DNA of 64,000 nucleotides from an uncultured bacterium (GTDB lineage Bacteria; Babelota; Babeliae; Babelales; Babelaceae): NCBI GenBank assembly GCA_963848965.1, contig CAWKFG010000001.1, positions 32,001 to 96,000 of the forward strand, read 5' to 3'. Shown piece by piece: positions 63,564 to 64,000 of this stretch (position 1 is its first letter; each line of letters starts with the position of its first letter). The notes under the pieces were generated by a model. It saw only the letters and a program-made list of their open reading frames with translations, ran no database searches and was not told where the DNA came from. The position numbers and the translations under genes were made by a program.

Positions 63564-64000
63564 CTAGTGTAACATAATGGTTTCAACGTTTTTGGCAACA
63601 ACTTCAGGAAGCTCGTTTCCATCGACTACATAAAGCAGATGCTTACTTTGATACCACTCTTTTATCAAGGGTGATGAATCTAAATAAGTTTTTATTCTAC
63701 GATTAACAATTTCTTCTCTATCATCACTGCGAGCACGGCTTAATGCTCGTTGTTGGGCAATTTCTGATGCAACGTTGATTTCTATTACACCTTTAATGTG
63801 AAGGTGAGGGTGCTTGCTCATAAATTCTTCAAATCTTTGTGCATGTTCTTGTGTGCGAAGAAAGCCATCTATGAGTATAATAGGTTGTACTGTTTTATGA
63901 ATGACTGGACACATAATATCTAATGCTGTTTCAATGGGTACCAACTTGCCAGCATCTAATAATGCTTTGAGGTTATTGTTATGTGAGGATTCTGCTCTTA
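63564..64000 (-). CDS. adk: Adenylate/nucleoside monophosphate kinase, short-lid type (5' end outside the window)
   Basis: Frame open to the window edge: RAE...LDAGKLVP, IDGFLRT, RARSDDREEIVNRRIKTY, VDGN. Confidence 0.8.
   Translation of the reverse strand, partial: RAESSHNNNLKALLDAGKLVPIETALDIMCPVIHKTVQPIILIDGFLRTQEHAQRFEEFMSKHPHLHIKGVIEINVASEIAQQRALSRARSDDREEIVNRRIKTYLDSSPLIKEWYQSKHLLYVVDGNELPEVVAKNVETIMLH

Overview
AT-rich bacterial chromosome segment. It most likely comes from a host-associated (protist-infecting) member of Candidatus Dependentiae/Babelota (TM6). This is an inference from the density of signal-peptide proteins carrying ankyrin, WD40, J-domain, MYND and C2H2 domains, the delta-60/Ig-like surface proteins and the paired EamA transporters. 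The core is a ~15 kb co-oriented cluster: tRNA-Tyr/Gly/Thr/Thr-rpmG-tRNA-Trp-secE-nusG-rplKAJL-rpoB-rpoC-tRNA-Val-rpsO-pnp-rph. rpoB and rpoC are split by single-base indels that look like sequencing errors. Other housekeeping genes are murA, an isolated atpG, tsaE, glmM, trpS, uvrD/pcrA, an ABC-F ATPase, an ABC-2 exporter and a partial adk. Most notable observations: (1) a shared signal peptide-[YH][AGSP]-Met junction on most eukaryote-like secreted proteins, three of which follow it with a bipartite NLS-like motif; (2) a C2H2 zinc-finger locus with an unannotated orphan finger upstream and two decayed in-frame fingers downstream; (3) a shared Cys-rich C-terminal motif on two tandem surface proteins; (4) a cdaA-cdaR-glmM operon whose cyclase lacks its catalytic motifs; (5) a vapBC-type module bracketed by 63-bp direct repeats; (6) the rpoC stop codon lying inside tRNA-Val. 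No CRISPR array, rRNA or transposase was seen. All family assignments are from motif recognition by eye, with no database search.
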